From positions 35,650,001-35,714,000 of the forward strand of contig CM022670.1 of the NCBI GenBank assembly GCA_012295275.1: 64,000 bases of DNA, given 5' to 3'. Under the pieces are notes generated by a model. The model had not been told where the DNA came from. It saw only the letters and a program-made list of their open reading frames with translations, and did no database searches. The position numbers and the translations under genes are program-made. This stretch comes from Chrysomallon squamiferum. Taxonomy: Eukaryota; Animalia; Mollusca. This document shows positions 15,341 to 27,986 of the stretch, piece by piece (position 1 is the stretch's first letter; each line of letters starts with the position of its first letter).

Positions 15341-18300
15341 TGTGTATGTGTGTGTGTGTATGAATTGTGTTTGAGGTGGTTATTGTATGTAAATATGTAT
15401 GCATGTGTGTGTAAGGGGTGTACTGTATGCAGATGTATGTAGTATGATTAATAATAATAATCATTTCCAAACACATCACTACTAGAGTACATTACCTAAT
15501 CTTAGCATCCACAAAGACAAATTCAAAATATCAAATCAAACAAACAGAGACTCAGCCATTCCAATCAGTTTTCAAGAAAATGATTTATTATCAGGTACAA
15601 AGAAGTGACATTTCTGTGTAGTAATGGTTTAGATATTAATACTTCCTTGTTGTTATCATGTACAAGATACTTGTTAAATATACCAGACAATCAGACTGCT
15701 GACTCACAGATGCATACACTTTTTTCTAAAACAGGACATACAAAATAGACAAATGTTATCTCAGGATGAAGTTTTTCAAAAGTTTTTATTCCTTTTGTTG
15801 TCAATTATAATTATTATTGTTGGGGTTTTTATGTTATTTTTGTCTTTATGTTAAACATTACATCTAAGATATTCTTAACATATCTCATTGTGCAGTTAGC
15901 AAAGAAAACTTCTTTAATGTCTCAGTGAACATAAATTATTATTGTCAGTTTTAAAAGCATATACTAGTATACAGTAAAAATCTTAACACAGTCCTTGATA
16001 AACCAATTGAGGGGCAGAAGTTTTTGTATACAGGAGATTGTTACAAACAGTTACACACAACAGTTAAAATTCATCTGATATGATATCAAAATGAAAAACA
16101 AAAACATTTTGTTTAAAATTTCAATCCAAATATACATACATATATACAACTTTGTCACTGACATACAAAACATATTTTTACTTTATGTAAATGTATCCAA
16201 CAATTTAACATGCATATATGCATATTGTACACACACACACACACACATACACACACACATATATGTATATATGTATACACATAGCCATTTATGCACTTTC
16301 CTAGTTAATTGTAACCAGCAATGCTACATGCCATAAAACCACATTATTTAACAATGATAACACATGCATATAACTACTGGTACTATACACATTCTAGAAA
16401 CCACTGACCCTGCATGTTTATAACAACACAACTGAACAATCACTACCACTGCAGGTTTATAACAGCACAACTGTACAATCACTACTACTGCATGTTTATA
16501 ACAACACAACTGTACAATCACTACTACTGCATGTTTATAACAACACAACTGTACAATCACTACCACTGCATGTTTATAACAACACAACTGTACAATCACT
16601 ACCACTGCATGTTTATAACAACACAACTGTACAATCACTACTACTGCATGTTTATAACAACACAACTGTACAATCACTACTACTGCATGTTTGCAACTGT
16701 TTATATGTTTATAACAACACAACTGTACAATCACACTACTGCATGTTTACTGCATGTTTATAACAACTGTACAATCACTACTACTGCATGCATGTTTATG
16801 TACAATGTACAATCACTACTACTGCATGTTTATAACAACAACTGTACAATCACTACTACTGCATGTTTATAACAACACAACTGTACAATCACTACTACTG
16901 CATGTTTATAACAACACAACTGTACAATCACTACTACTGCATGTTTATAACAACACAACTGTACAATCACTACTACTGCAGGTTTATAACAACACAACTG
17001 TACAATCACTACTACTGCATGTTTATAACAACACAACTGTACAATCACTACTACTGCAGGTTTATAACAGCACAACTGTACAATCACTACTACTGCAGGT
17101 TTATAACAGCACAACTGTACAATCACTACTACTGCATGTTTATAACAACACAACTGTACAATCACTACCACTGCATGTTTATAACAACACAACTGTACAA
17201 TCACTACCACTGCAGGTTTATAACAACACAACTGAACAATCACTACCACTGCATGTTTATAACAGCACAACTGAACAATCACTACCACTGCATGTTTATA
17301 ACAACACAACTGAACAATCACTACCACTGCATGTTTATAACAACACAACTGAACAATCACTACCACTGCATGTTTATAACAACACAACTGTACAATCACT
17401 ACTACTGCATGTTTATAACAACACAACTGTACAATCACTACCACTGCATGTTTATAACAACACAACTGTACAATCACTACCACTGCATGTTTATAACAAC
17501 ACAACTGAACAATCACTACCACTGCATGTTTATAACAACACAACTGTACAATCACTACCACTGCATGTTTATAACAACACAACTGAACAATCACTACCAC
17601 TGCATGTTTATAACAACACAACTGTACAATCACTACCACTGCATGTTTATAACAACACAACTGTACAATCACTACCACTGCATGTTTATAACAACACAAC
17701 TGTACAATCACTACCACTGCATGTTTATAACAACACAACTGTACAATCACTACCACTGCATGTTTATAACAACACAACTGTACAATCACTACTACTGCAT
17801 GTTTATAACAACACAACTGTACAATCACTACTACTGCATGTTTATAACAACACAACTGTACAATCACTACTACTGTTTATAACAACACAACTGTACAATC
17901 ACTACTACTGCATGTTTATAACAACACAACTGTACAATCACTACTACTTATGTTTATAACAACACAACTGTACAATCACTACTACTGCATGTTTATAACA
18001 ACACAACTGTACAATCACTACTACTGCATGTTTTTATAACAACACATGTTTACAATCACTACTACTGCATGTTTATAAATATAACTGCAGGTTTATAACA
18101 ACACAACTGTACAATCACTACTACTGCATGTTTATAACAACAACAACAACACTGTACAATCACAACTGTACAATCACTACCACTGCATGTTTATAACAAC
18201 ACAACTGTACAATCACTACCACTGCATGTTTATAACAACACAACTGTACAATCACTACTACTGCATGTTTATAACAACACAACTGTACAATCACTACTAC

Positions 18301-21240
18301 TGCATGCATGTTTATAACAACACAACTGTACAATCACTACTACTGCATGTTTTAACAACACAACACAATCACTGCATGTTTATAACAACTGTACAATCAC
18401 AAATCACTACCACTGCAGGTTTATAACAACACAACTGTACAATCACTACCACTGCATGTTTATAACAACACAACTGTACAATCACTACCACTGCATGTTT
18501 ATAACAACACAACTGTACAATCACTACTGCATGTTTATAACAACACGCATGTACAATCACTACCACTGCATGTTTATAACATCACATCATAGAGATACTG
18601 AAAGAATGGGATTTTTCAGAATATAAAAAACTGCACATTTCATGATTAGAATTACTGGTTTTGTTTATCAAATTTGATTATAGTAACTGGTCAGACTGAA
18701 ACAGTATCTGTGGTGATAACCAGATGAAAATGAATTTAGAGGCTCTGTTTAATTTTGTAATAAACAAAATGAAAAATGCTCAAGATCTACACTGAACAGA
18801 CTAATTGAACTAATGATCATGCACAGATGCATGCAAAGATACTAATTTAAGGTAGGAAATTTAATTTTATTTTTATTCTTTATTTTTTTTTTTTTTTTTT
18901 TTTGCTTATTTGTACGTGGGTGTGCATGTGTGTATGTGTATTGTTTTGTTTTGTTTATTTATTGTTGTTTTTATTCAGATAAAGACAATAACAACTCTTG
19001 CTCAAGAGATTACAAAAAAATAATGTCCATCATTTATAATATAATACAATTTTATACACAGTAAATGATACATCACATCAACAATTGATAACATTTATAT
19101 GAAGTAATTAATATGGTAAATATCAGATCTTTTCATGTCAACAATATTTTAGCTAAACAACTAAGATCTTATATTTTCAAACCCTACTGGATTAGCAAAA
19201 TGATGTAATTTAAAAAAAAAAAAAAAATATTTGAAACAACTTTTTGGTTTTCTGTTATCAGATTTCTGTAACTGACATTGAATATATAATTGCTTGAAAG
19301 GCAAAGTAAGCAACAAAGCCAAACAAATATATACACAGACCTTTAAATAAGCATCCCAGAATAATTTATCTCTTCAAAACTGAGGTGGGCATCTGTATTT
19401 AGCAAAATTTGAACTGTGGTTGAAGTAGATAATACCGAAATATCAAACTGGATTGATAAAAATGATATGATGTGGACTTTAGAGATTAATGTATCTTCAC
19501 AACAAAGTGTGTGTGTGTGTGTGTGTGTGAGAAAAATAACAAATTAAACTGTAGAAGAATATACAAAATTAGGTAACTATAGTAACTGCAGAAACAGATT
19601 GCTTTATCTGCAAAATATCTCCTTTAAATATCTTTATCAGAATTCAAATTATTTTAAAAGTTATAACATTCTTCAAACAATGACAACAGAATTCGGTACA
19701 TAACACACATTATATAGACCCTATGAAATGTAATATAAGTAATTTCAGGAAATGGAAAAGGGCAAAGGTCGTGACTGAGATAATAAACATATTTAATCTT
19801 GCAGTTGTTAAATTTATTTATGAAAAGATATGTTTCAGTGTCGTTGCAGTCATTTATGTAAAACTTGCGTCCTGATTAAATGAATTTAAAAAAGAAAATG
19901 GACAACAATAAATCTAAATATGCCAAAAACCTATTTTTCACATAAGAACCATTAAAACAATTTTTTACCACTAAGGTAATATTAGTTACCTTACAGTCCT
20001 AATCTGTCAGTAACAATATGTTTTTTTAGCAGGAGAGAAATGTGATTTTTCTTTTTTGTATTATTATTATTATATCTAACCTGATATATGCAAGTTTTAA
20101 CAATGGCTGATGCACTATTTCAGAAAGGATGGGATGAATAACAGAGGTATATATATATTCTTTCCAGATGAAATATGATTCTCTATAAAGAAGGAAACAA
20201 ATATTAGGTGAAAAAAACACTGGACTTACACTGCTAAACCTGTGTGTGTTTAAAACATGGAGAAAAAATATGTTAAGTAATTTTCCACAGAAAGCAGTAA
20301 AATGAAATACTGACATATTGCTGTTTATAATTAATTACAGACAGCAAACTCACCTATGCTACTCATGACAGGTGCAGAGAAAAAATGTCTTAAAAGAAAA
20401 AAGGCTACTTCACTGGTATGTAATTTTTATATACAAAATTAGCTTCATTACAAACTTAAAAAAAGAAAAAGCCATAATTCAAAAAGAACTGGGAGGGGGA
20501 ACACAACATATTTCTCCTGGATTTGTGTAATTATTATATATATATAATTATTATTATGTCTTCCATACACAAATAGAAATTATCAATGAAAGTGTAATTT
20601 TTAACGACAGTTTGCAATCAGCCAGAATAAAAATATTTTTATTTCTGGGCTTTTAAGAAACAAGAGCAATACAAAAAACTGGACGAAAATTTTTTTAGCT
20701 ATGTTGTAATCCATCCAGCATACACCAGGATATACAAAACTAGCTATATGGTAAATGAATCTAGGTGTAATCAAAGGAGAGGTAAAGCATGAAAATACAG
20801 CAAGCTTTTAAAGAACAGTAAATCCCACCTGACTATATTAGACGGTATAAAGCACACCTGTTTTTATAATCAAGATGGATGAAAAAGAAAAAGAAAAAAG
20901 ATAAAAATATAAGGTAAATCAGAGAGAAATCTATCATGTTTACCCTTTTTCACCAAATACAAAATATTAAAAATATATAGATGTGTAATGTGTAAATACT
21001 TCAATACAGAAAATCTATAATTCCAGTCACATGTATTTGATTACAATAAAACAGTTCAAGCAAATGAGTGCACAGGGTGACGTGTGTTTATATTAATAAT
21101 TCACTCTGAATAAAAATACATAAGCAGGGATTAATGTTTATTAATGTGTATATAACTCTGTGTGTGTGTGTGTGTGTGTGTGAAAAATACACACCATGTA
21201 ATTTTATATATATGTATACATATGTATGTGTATATATATA

Positions 21241-21298
<58 letters not shown>

Positions 21299-22356
21299 CA
21301 AAGATTTCTCAGACAGAAAATGTTTCTGCATGAATGGGTGTGAGTGGGTGTGAATATATAACAATTTAACTACACAAATGTATATACATATATTAATATC
21401 TATATGTATGTATGTATGTTTGTACATATCTATGTATGTACAGGCATATAATTTACATGTGCATATATTGTTACAGCAAAGGGAAATGGCAAAAGGGGTT
21501 ATATGTCATGTATGTAAATGTGTTTGTATGTCTGTCTGTCTACATGTATAAGTGTACATCTGAAGACAGGCAGATATACACTTTTCCATAATCTTCTAGG
21601 ATTGTAAACACCATAGGAGTTGGGTAGTTAATTCTAAAATGTTATGTGAAATGGCAAAAAGTTTAAAATTTTTAATTTGCTTGATTCTCCTTTAAATTAC
21701 AGAGAAAAAAAAAAATGTGAGTTAAATGCCATGCCCTCACCACAACACACAATAAAAATTAAACAAACACAACAAACATGCAGGCACACAGCAATAACCT
21801 ACCTCACATATATTCTGTGTCCATATTTAGCTGAATTTAAAAAAGTACAAGTCAGTATAATTGTAGTTAATATTTAACATTCAGCTCTATGGAGGCAAAA
21901 ATATTTACTCTGTATATAGCATATACATTAAATAGAATATAACAGATAGATGGATAGATAGATCGATAGATAGATAGATAAACTTTTCATTAATTTATTT
22001 ATTCATTAATTTATTTATTTATTTAATTATTTATTTATTTATTTATTTATTTATATTTTTGGTATTTAATTACATTTTTATAAATTATTATTATTATTTA
22101 TTTTTCTATTTATATTTTCTTAAGTAAATTACTTATAACAGCTGTGTATGTGACACTCAGATTATCAGTGATCTATGGATGTACAGGTAAGATATGTAAA
22201 GTGCCTCCAGCTCTAAATATTACCATATCTGACAGACAAAACTCACTCAAGTTTGTATAAAAACAAACACTTTATAATAACTCAACATCTGATATTTTTG
22301 GTAATATGAAATGATGAGAATGACAATGTGGAAGATGATGATGATGATGATATTAT

Positions 22357-22421
<65 letters not shown>

Positions 22422-22471
22422 TATATATATATAAACTTAAATGGAATCTAGCTCTCTCTCTCTCTCTCTTT

Positions 22472-22534
<63 letters not shown>

Positions 22535-22618
22535 GCACACATAATTATTATTATTTTTTTTATTTTTTTTTAAATACAGCCTATTCAAATATACACACAC
22601 ACAAAAATGTAATAATAA

Positions 22619-22681
<63 letters not shown>

Positions 22682-22865
22682 ATTCAGTATCCCTATTAGT
22701 CGTGTTCCCGCTGGTAAGTCAATGAGAAATTAGTATGAACGACGTCTGCTACGAATCAACAGAAACCAGTTCAGGTAGCTGCAGCATCCCACCTCATTCG
22801 AAACGATCACAACGATATTTGGCAATATCCCCAAAACATGAAATGTAAATATGACTTACCGACAT
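143..22865 (-). CDS. FYB: FYB/ADAP (FYN-binding protein)-like adaptor; 3' end lies beyond the left edge of the window
   Basis: Phase-compatible GT-AG exons: 22865-22860 (ATG TCG|gtaagt), 7915-6850, 6097-6025, 5513-5431, 4844-4792, 3700-3654, 3109-2935, 1971-1897, 1613-1565, 1274-1237, 684-635, 251-143. Protein has a Pro-rich N-terminus, APMKPRRPANIDIT (recalls ADAP PPKPNRPPNVDLT), acidic Tyr motifs (DLYDDV, VYEEF, EYDDC, EYADV) and K/E-rich helices. The C-terminal hSH3 domains expected for the family are not in the window, so orthology is inferred. The first micro-exon is the least certain part. Confidence 0.7.
1110..1220. repeat. (TG)n microsatellite
   Basis: Long, nearly pure TG run; explains the CVCV/HTHT ORFs. 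Confidence 0.95.
2551..2867 (+). mobile_element. Degenerate SINE, near full length, probably tRNA-derived
   Basis: tRNA-like head (gatgtagctcac...ggatcaactc), body ggctatttctc...ctccactactgg...gtggtatgtgct, and 3' end gtgttcagtgcatcattaaataaaacattttcttt. The same blocks recur at 38895-38937 (+) and, inverted, at 27135-27180, 27770-27850 and 29005-29200. Resembles a gastropod SINE recalled from memory. Confidence 0.65.
3831..4105 (-). mobile_element. 5'-truncated RTE-clade LINE 3' fragment with (TGA)n tail
   Basis: Minus-strand translation KRTWTSYV..CWTLRTTTWKLYKQKRSRERPVRPRRDE / TI*QRTARDRRMWKQNDKAFTQQQDTMAGH* follows the RTE ORF C-terminal pattern (W.GHV.R...W...W.P...KR.RGRP..RW.D...W...A.DR..W). 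It has a frameshift and a stop, and is followed directly by about 8 TGA repeats (3831-3854). Confidence 0.8.
5527..5860. repeat. ~27-28-bp minisatellite (agtaacagtttcactttatacacattt), about 11 decaying copies
   Basis: Tandem units visible directly; abuts the acceptor of FYB-like exon 5513-5431. Confidence 0.9.
7497..7620 (-). repeat. Coding 30-bp tandem repeat, about 4 copies of PPPV(K/E)E(K/R)SPV
   Basis: Repeated acaggagacttttct/aacaggagg units inside the large FYB-like exon; translation SPLPPPVEEKSPVPPPVKERSPVPPPVKEKSPVPPPVAGRSPAPP. Confidence 0.9.
9120..9707. mobile_element. Non-autonomous Tc1/mariner-superfamily (pogo/Tigger-like) element
   Basis: Terminal inverted repeats CAGTGGTACCttgACTTACgAGT / ACTtGTAAGTtgGGTACCACTG, flanked by TA at 9118-9119 and 9708-9709; no transposase ORF. 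Confidence 0.85.
12387..12566. mobile_element. Mariner-type MITE (180 bp)
   Basis: TIRs CAGGGTGGCCCAAAActAGGTTTACA / TGTAAACCTacTTTTGGGCCACCCTG; TA on the left, TG (probably a mutated TA) on the right. Confidence 0.85.
16410..18580. repeat. 39-bp satellite array, about 55 copies (ctgcatgtttataacaacacaactgtacaatcactacta)
   Basis: Head-to-tail units with no spacers; homogeneous core about 16830-17880 with degenerate edges; lies in intron 1 of the FYB-like gene. Confidence 0.97.
22358..22420. repeat. (AGT)n microsatellite
   Basis: Pure trinucleotide run. Confidence 0.9.
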
Positions 22866-23460
22866 TTTGGCAGTTTTTTTTTACTCAGCGACTTTCAGGT
22901 GATAAAAATTATTTTATCTGACGCGATGAGTGAATGTAAACATCATATTTTATAACCGTGTCAACAGGATCGACAGTTCACAACTTATTGATTGCCAGCG
23001 TTAGGTCGATAGTACTTTTACACTTTAAAATAAAGTTACTGACTTCACTTTCCAAACAACCAAAAATAACGTGTCATCACATAACACACTGCCTTGTTAA
23101 CAGTAATATGTACGTTTCAGTTTTCCAGTTCTTCTGCGAAGTTCATTTGATTGCAACAGGCTAAAAAAAATGTTTCTTCCGTATTATGATACTGATTTAC
23201 ACCCCTTTCAGAAAATTTACTTCCTTGTTGGCCACGTGATTCGACGTCGCAAGCCACTCCGCTCAAGACCACCGAATCAAATTCGTTCCCACGACAGCGT
23301 GTATTTATGATAACTGCAGAAGATGGGGGCAGAACAAAAATGCAAGCTTGTTAACGCGAACCACTAGATGCACACGTAGAGTTCCGATTCCTGGATAATG
23401 GAAGAACCTGCTTATTACTTGATCTGCTAGAAACCACCTGTTGAACAAATGTTTACGCAT
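22866..23460 (-). promoter_or_regulatory. Probable 5' UTR and promoter of the FYB-like gene
   Basis: CpG-retaining block immediately upstream of ccaaaATGTCG|gtaagt, contrasting with the CpG-poor gene body; contains an ETS-like acttcct, an E-box cacgtg and a CRE-like gacgtc near 23219-23250. Confidence 0.5.
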
Positions 23461-23686
23461 GTAGTAGCTCTCTCTCTCTCTCTCTCAGTAGGTAATAAAT
23501 GACTAATATATTTCTGTTTTACTTATCGTTTATTTGGTTCGATTTTACGATTCTTTCTTTCTTTTTTTTTTTTTTCTTTTTTTTTTTTCTTCTGTGCTTA
23601 TATTTTCTAAAACCAGTGAAACTAGTTCTTTTGCTTTTTCTTTTCTTTTCATTTTTCATTTTTCTTTTTTTCTTTCTTTTTTCTTT

Positions 23687-23724
<38 letters not shown>

Positions 23725-25348
23725 CATTTTTTTGTTCACTGTTTTTAATTTTATGGACTCAGTAAATCGTCTACCTGGAGTCAATTCTTTTTAAACAATG
23801 TGTGATTTATCGAAGACGTACTCTTATTCACAATGTTTGGCCCGTATTCCTTCTCGTTGTTTTTATTGTCGACATTTTGTTTGTTTCTCCGTGATGAAAA
23901 TAATTTCATTTTGTAAGTTACATACACTTTCTTAAACCCTACATCCTTGAAATGTTTCGTGTGTTAATCCCAGAACTGTTTGTATATAATTATAAAGCGT
24001 GCGTGCATATTTATTTATTTATATTTCTTTTTTTTTTCTTCTTTTCTTTTTTTCTTTTTTTTTTTTTCTTTCTTTTCTAGGAATTATCCAGGGAGTGGAT
24101 CACAGCATGTTGACATAACATAACAAAGCGAATGAATGATCAGAGATAACATTATGTCGAATATTCAGGCACTGGGATGAGAACAAAAAAAAAAAGTGTT
24201 TGTTTTAAATTATGATATTCACAATTCATAACCCCTTTTGCCCCTCCCCTTGCTATTTACCGTGCCCTATTCATAAACATAACGCAAATGTATTATTCGT
24301 TTGAAGAAATACAGGTATGGAACCATTGATGAGGACTAAAAATAAATAAGTAAAAAATAACAAAAAATAAAAATAAATAAAAATAAAATAATAATAATAA
24401 CAGAAAAAGATAATATTTATTGTTTATCCGAACTGGTTGTATTTTTTTAAAAATAATAACAAAAAAATATATATATTTGAAATGACAAAACACGAAAAGC
24501 TGTTTATACCCATTTGGCACGATTATTAATCAGTTACTTCGTCACAGAGATTTAAGATTGTGGTAGACCTAGCTATAAACCTCAGAATCTGCTTGATGTT
24601 TTTTTGTTTGTGTTGTGTGTGTGTGTGTTAATCTGCTGTGTAATTAATGCATGTTAGCCGTTGGTTATTCCGTCTTTATAAGGACATTTCCTAATCCCTG
24701 TTAATTAATTCTAACGAGATGCTAATACGATGACAATCAAGGCGATTAGTTGCTTAACAATGCGTATGTAGAAAAGATTAAATCTTAAACACAATTCCTG
24801 GTTCCAAATAGAGCTTTCGTTTTAGAGATAGTGGGATAAGAATCCACGACCAGTCAAGATGATCTACTGTAGATCTGTGATATTTATTATATATTTGTAG
24901 ATTTAGTTCTGCAGTAATGTTGATGAGGTTGATGATATTCGTTGTGTTTTTTTTCATTTTTTTGTTGTTGTTATATGATCGTTTTTATTTATTTATTTTT
25001 TATTTATTTTTTATTTTATTTAAATAAAGTATATAACACCGACGTATTTAAAATAAAAATAAAAATAAATAAATAAAAAAATGAAAGGGTACAGCTTGTA
25101 CGCATACATATATTTAAATCTGGAAAAGTTATCCCCTAGAGCATGAGTAAGATATTCATTCGAGAAATAAAAAGATAATACAGTGAACTGAATAAGGACG
25201 TATTACTGAAGCTTTTGTTGTTGTTTTAACAGAAAATATGTCCATAAAAGCAAACTTCGTCTAATTACGAACTTCGGAGCTATTTTGATGAAAAAGGCCT
25301 ATAAAATAGGTAACTAATACTTTACGTATTCTTCCAGTTACTTATTTA

Positions 25349-25379
<31 letters not shown>

Positions 25380-25519
25380 GAATTTCAAACTAATAGCCAT
25401 ATCATATTTATTCATTTTATATATAAACAGAAAAAACTGCTATTGTCAAACTGCCAAGGTGCAAATAATGATGATTAAAATAGTATATATGGCAAATAAT
25501 ACAATTACGTCATGGTAAG

Positions 25520-25824
<305 letters not shown>

Positions 25825-27589
25825 CCTTCTATTTCGTTCGCGTGTAACTCGGTGATATAATTATCCTGGATCATATATTCAGGTTTTCCTGTCTGCTAGG
25901 AAGTCGTGCTAATCGAAGAAAAACACTATGTGTTGTGTCAGCACTCAGTTTCCGTTATAAAACTCTGGAAACAATTATATATGTTCGCTGAGAGTTGAAC
26001 TTGTTCAGCCATCTTCCTATATAGCAAACAACACACCCTTTAGTGTTCGTTAAATATTATGTGTTTGCATGTGCAGAAATATGTATGCCTTTATTTGTTT
26101 TTATGTGGCTTTTATCGTCTTTTTTTTTTTTTTTTTTGTTTTTTTTTTTTAATTTGTAAATTTATTTATTTAATAGATTTCGTTGTTTGCTATTATATTT
26201 CTTGAAAAACAGGTGACAGTTAAACAATATCCCATTTCTTTTTATGCAGACATTCATTACAATTTGATGTATAATAATAATTTTAAAAAAGTAATATTAT
26301 TACTAATAAAGATAATAATTATTATTATTTGATAATAATAACAACAATTACAATGAAGTTTAAAAAAAAAAAAAACAATGACCATCAGTTTAGCATTTAA
26401 AATTGCCTGGCGTTGAATAAATTTTCAGAACACACAATTTAATCGTTTTAGGTATTTATGTTGATACCAACGATAAACCAAATTTTTGTAAAGGATTAGC
26501 GCTGACCAGTGGTTACTTGTACGTCTTATTTTTACAGTTTGACCTAGCGCTGACCAGTGCTTACACCTCGCGAGAACTTCGAGTGATGAAGACAGCGACT
26601 TTCTAACGCGATCTGCCTGGTACAAAGCTTAGAGTGGAACGCTGCCAGTGATAACTGCTGCAGTAGCAGAACAAAATACATCTTTGTGAACCTAACGAAG
26701 ACTTGCTTATCCGCCAAGTAAACAAAAACAGTTGATTCTAACTGAAAATAGACACGGATGATGTCAAGATAATGGCAGTAGTGACTTCTCCTCTTCAGTT
26801 TAGTATGTGTAGTTTGCCGTGCCGGATGGTTAGCGTAGAAAAAGAGAACTAGTAGAGTACATGAATATTACTCTTGCTTGAAACACGATTTGAAAAAACA
26901 ACAACAAAAAAACCCAAATAAAACCACCATCTATGTTTTCAGTTCGATTTCAGTAAAGGATTATTTAAAAGATTATGAAAACGTGTTCAGGCAAAGAGCC
27001 TGGGGGAAAACAAAAAAGAAAGGTTTTTAAAACTCAGTTTGAAGTTATTGTCAATGCAATTTTTAACTGCAGATTAGTTGTCATGAATTGTTCAGAATCA
27101 GCAACACATTTTAGAATTCCCATTATTTATCTGATGAAGGAAGAAATGTCTTATTTAGCAAATGCAATCAGAACATTTTTTATCTAACTGTAAAGTAAAT
27201 AGAAAAGAAACATCAGTACTTATTTTTTCATTCAAGTAGCAATTTTCCAACAGAGAAAAGCAAGGTGTTTGAAAACCAGCTGTGGTTAAAACTGAAGAAG
27301 ATATAATAAAATCCAGCTTTTTTATTTCTTTATTTTATGGCCAGAATTATATTATTATATAATATTAAAATAATTTAATTAATTTAAACTTCTTTGCAAA
27401 ACACAGGTACACAACCTCTGAAAGACCCCTTACTCTATTTTATTTTTTAATCCTTGAAAATAAAACTCCTCTTTTCTGAAATATTAGATTCAGTTGTCTA
27501 GGTATGGATTTCGAGAAAACAAAGATGAGTGTTCATAGTAATTGAACCTTACCTGTTACCAGGTTTCAGTACTGTTATAAAAATACTTC

Positions 27590-27853
27590 ATTGTTATTCA
27601 ATATATCTACTTTGTACCTGAATCATACTTACTCAACTGTGAAAAACAAGTTGTATGTATTCAAGACTATTTTTATCACAATACAGTGTTATGATGAAGA
27701 TTTGAGTAAGTTGGGTGTTACTTATGCTCATATCAAGTCCTTTGATGAAAGAGTCATGATAGTACTCACGCTGGATTGGGAACTTGCCCAATGAATGCAC
27801 TGATCTGAGTTGATCCTGAGAACCATCACACCTCAGATCTGCTCTCACCACAT
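27590..27853 (-). mobile_element. Degenerate inverted SINE copy (same family as 2551-2867)
   Basis: ctggattgggaacttgcccaatgaatgcactga...gttgatcct...ctctcacca matches the reverse complement of the SINE head; left boundary uncertain. Confidence 0.45.
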
Positions 27854-27986
27854 TAATTTCAATTCTAGCAGCAAAATGTCTTCCAGTTTCAGAACTTTAT
27901 TCTGCAACTCTTCTTCCCAATTTCTTTATTATTATTTGTATATAACAACACAGTATCACAATATCTCGAGTTTAATAATGATCACA

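Noticed and set aside
16410-18580. CRISPR-like array or long protein-coding ORFs (401, 345, 339 aa)
   Set aside because: Units are contiguous with no unique spacers and no cas genes, in a eukaryotic intron. The ORFs follow from a stop-free 39-bp unit; kept only as a low-probability lead.
26583-26745. C/D-box snoRNA (gtgatga ... ctga)
   Set aside because: Boxes about 160 nt apart, no terminal stem and no recognisable rRNA guide.
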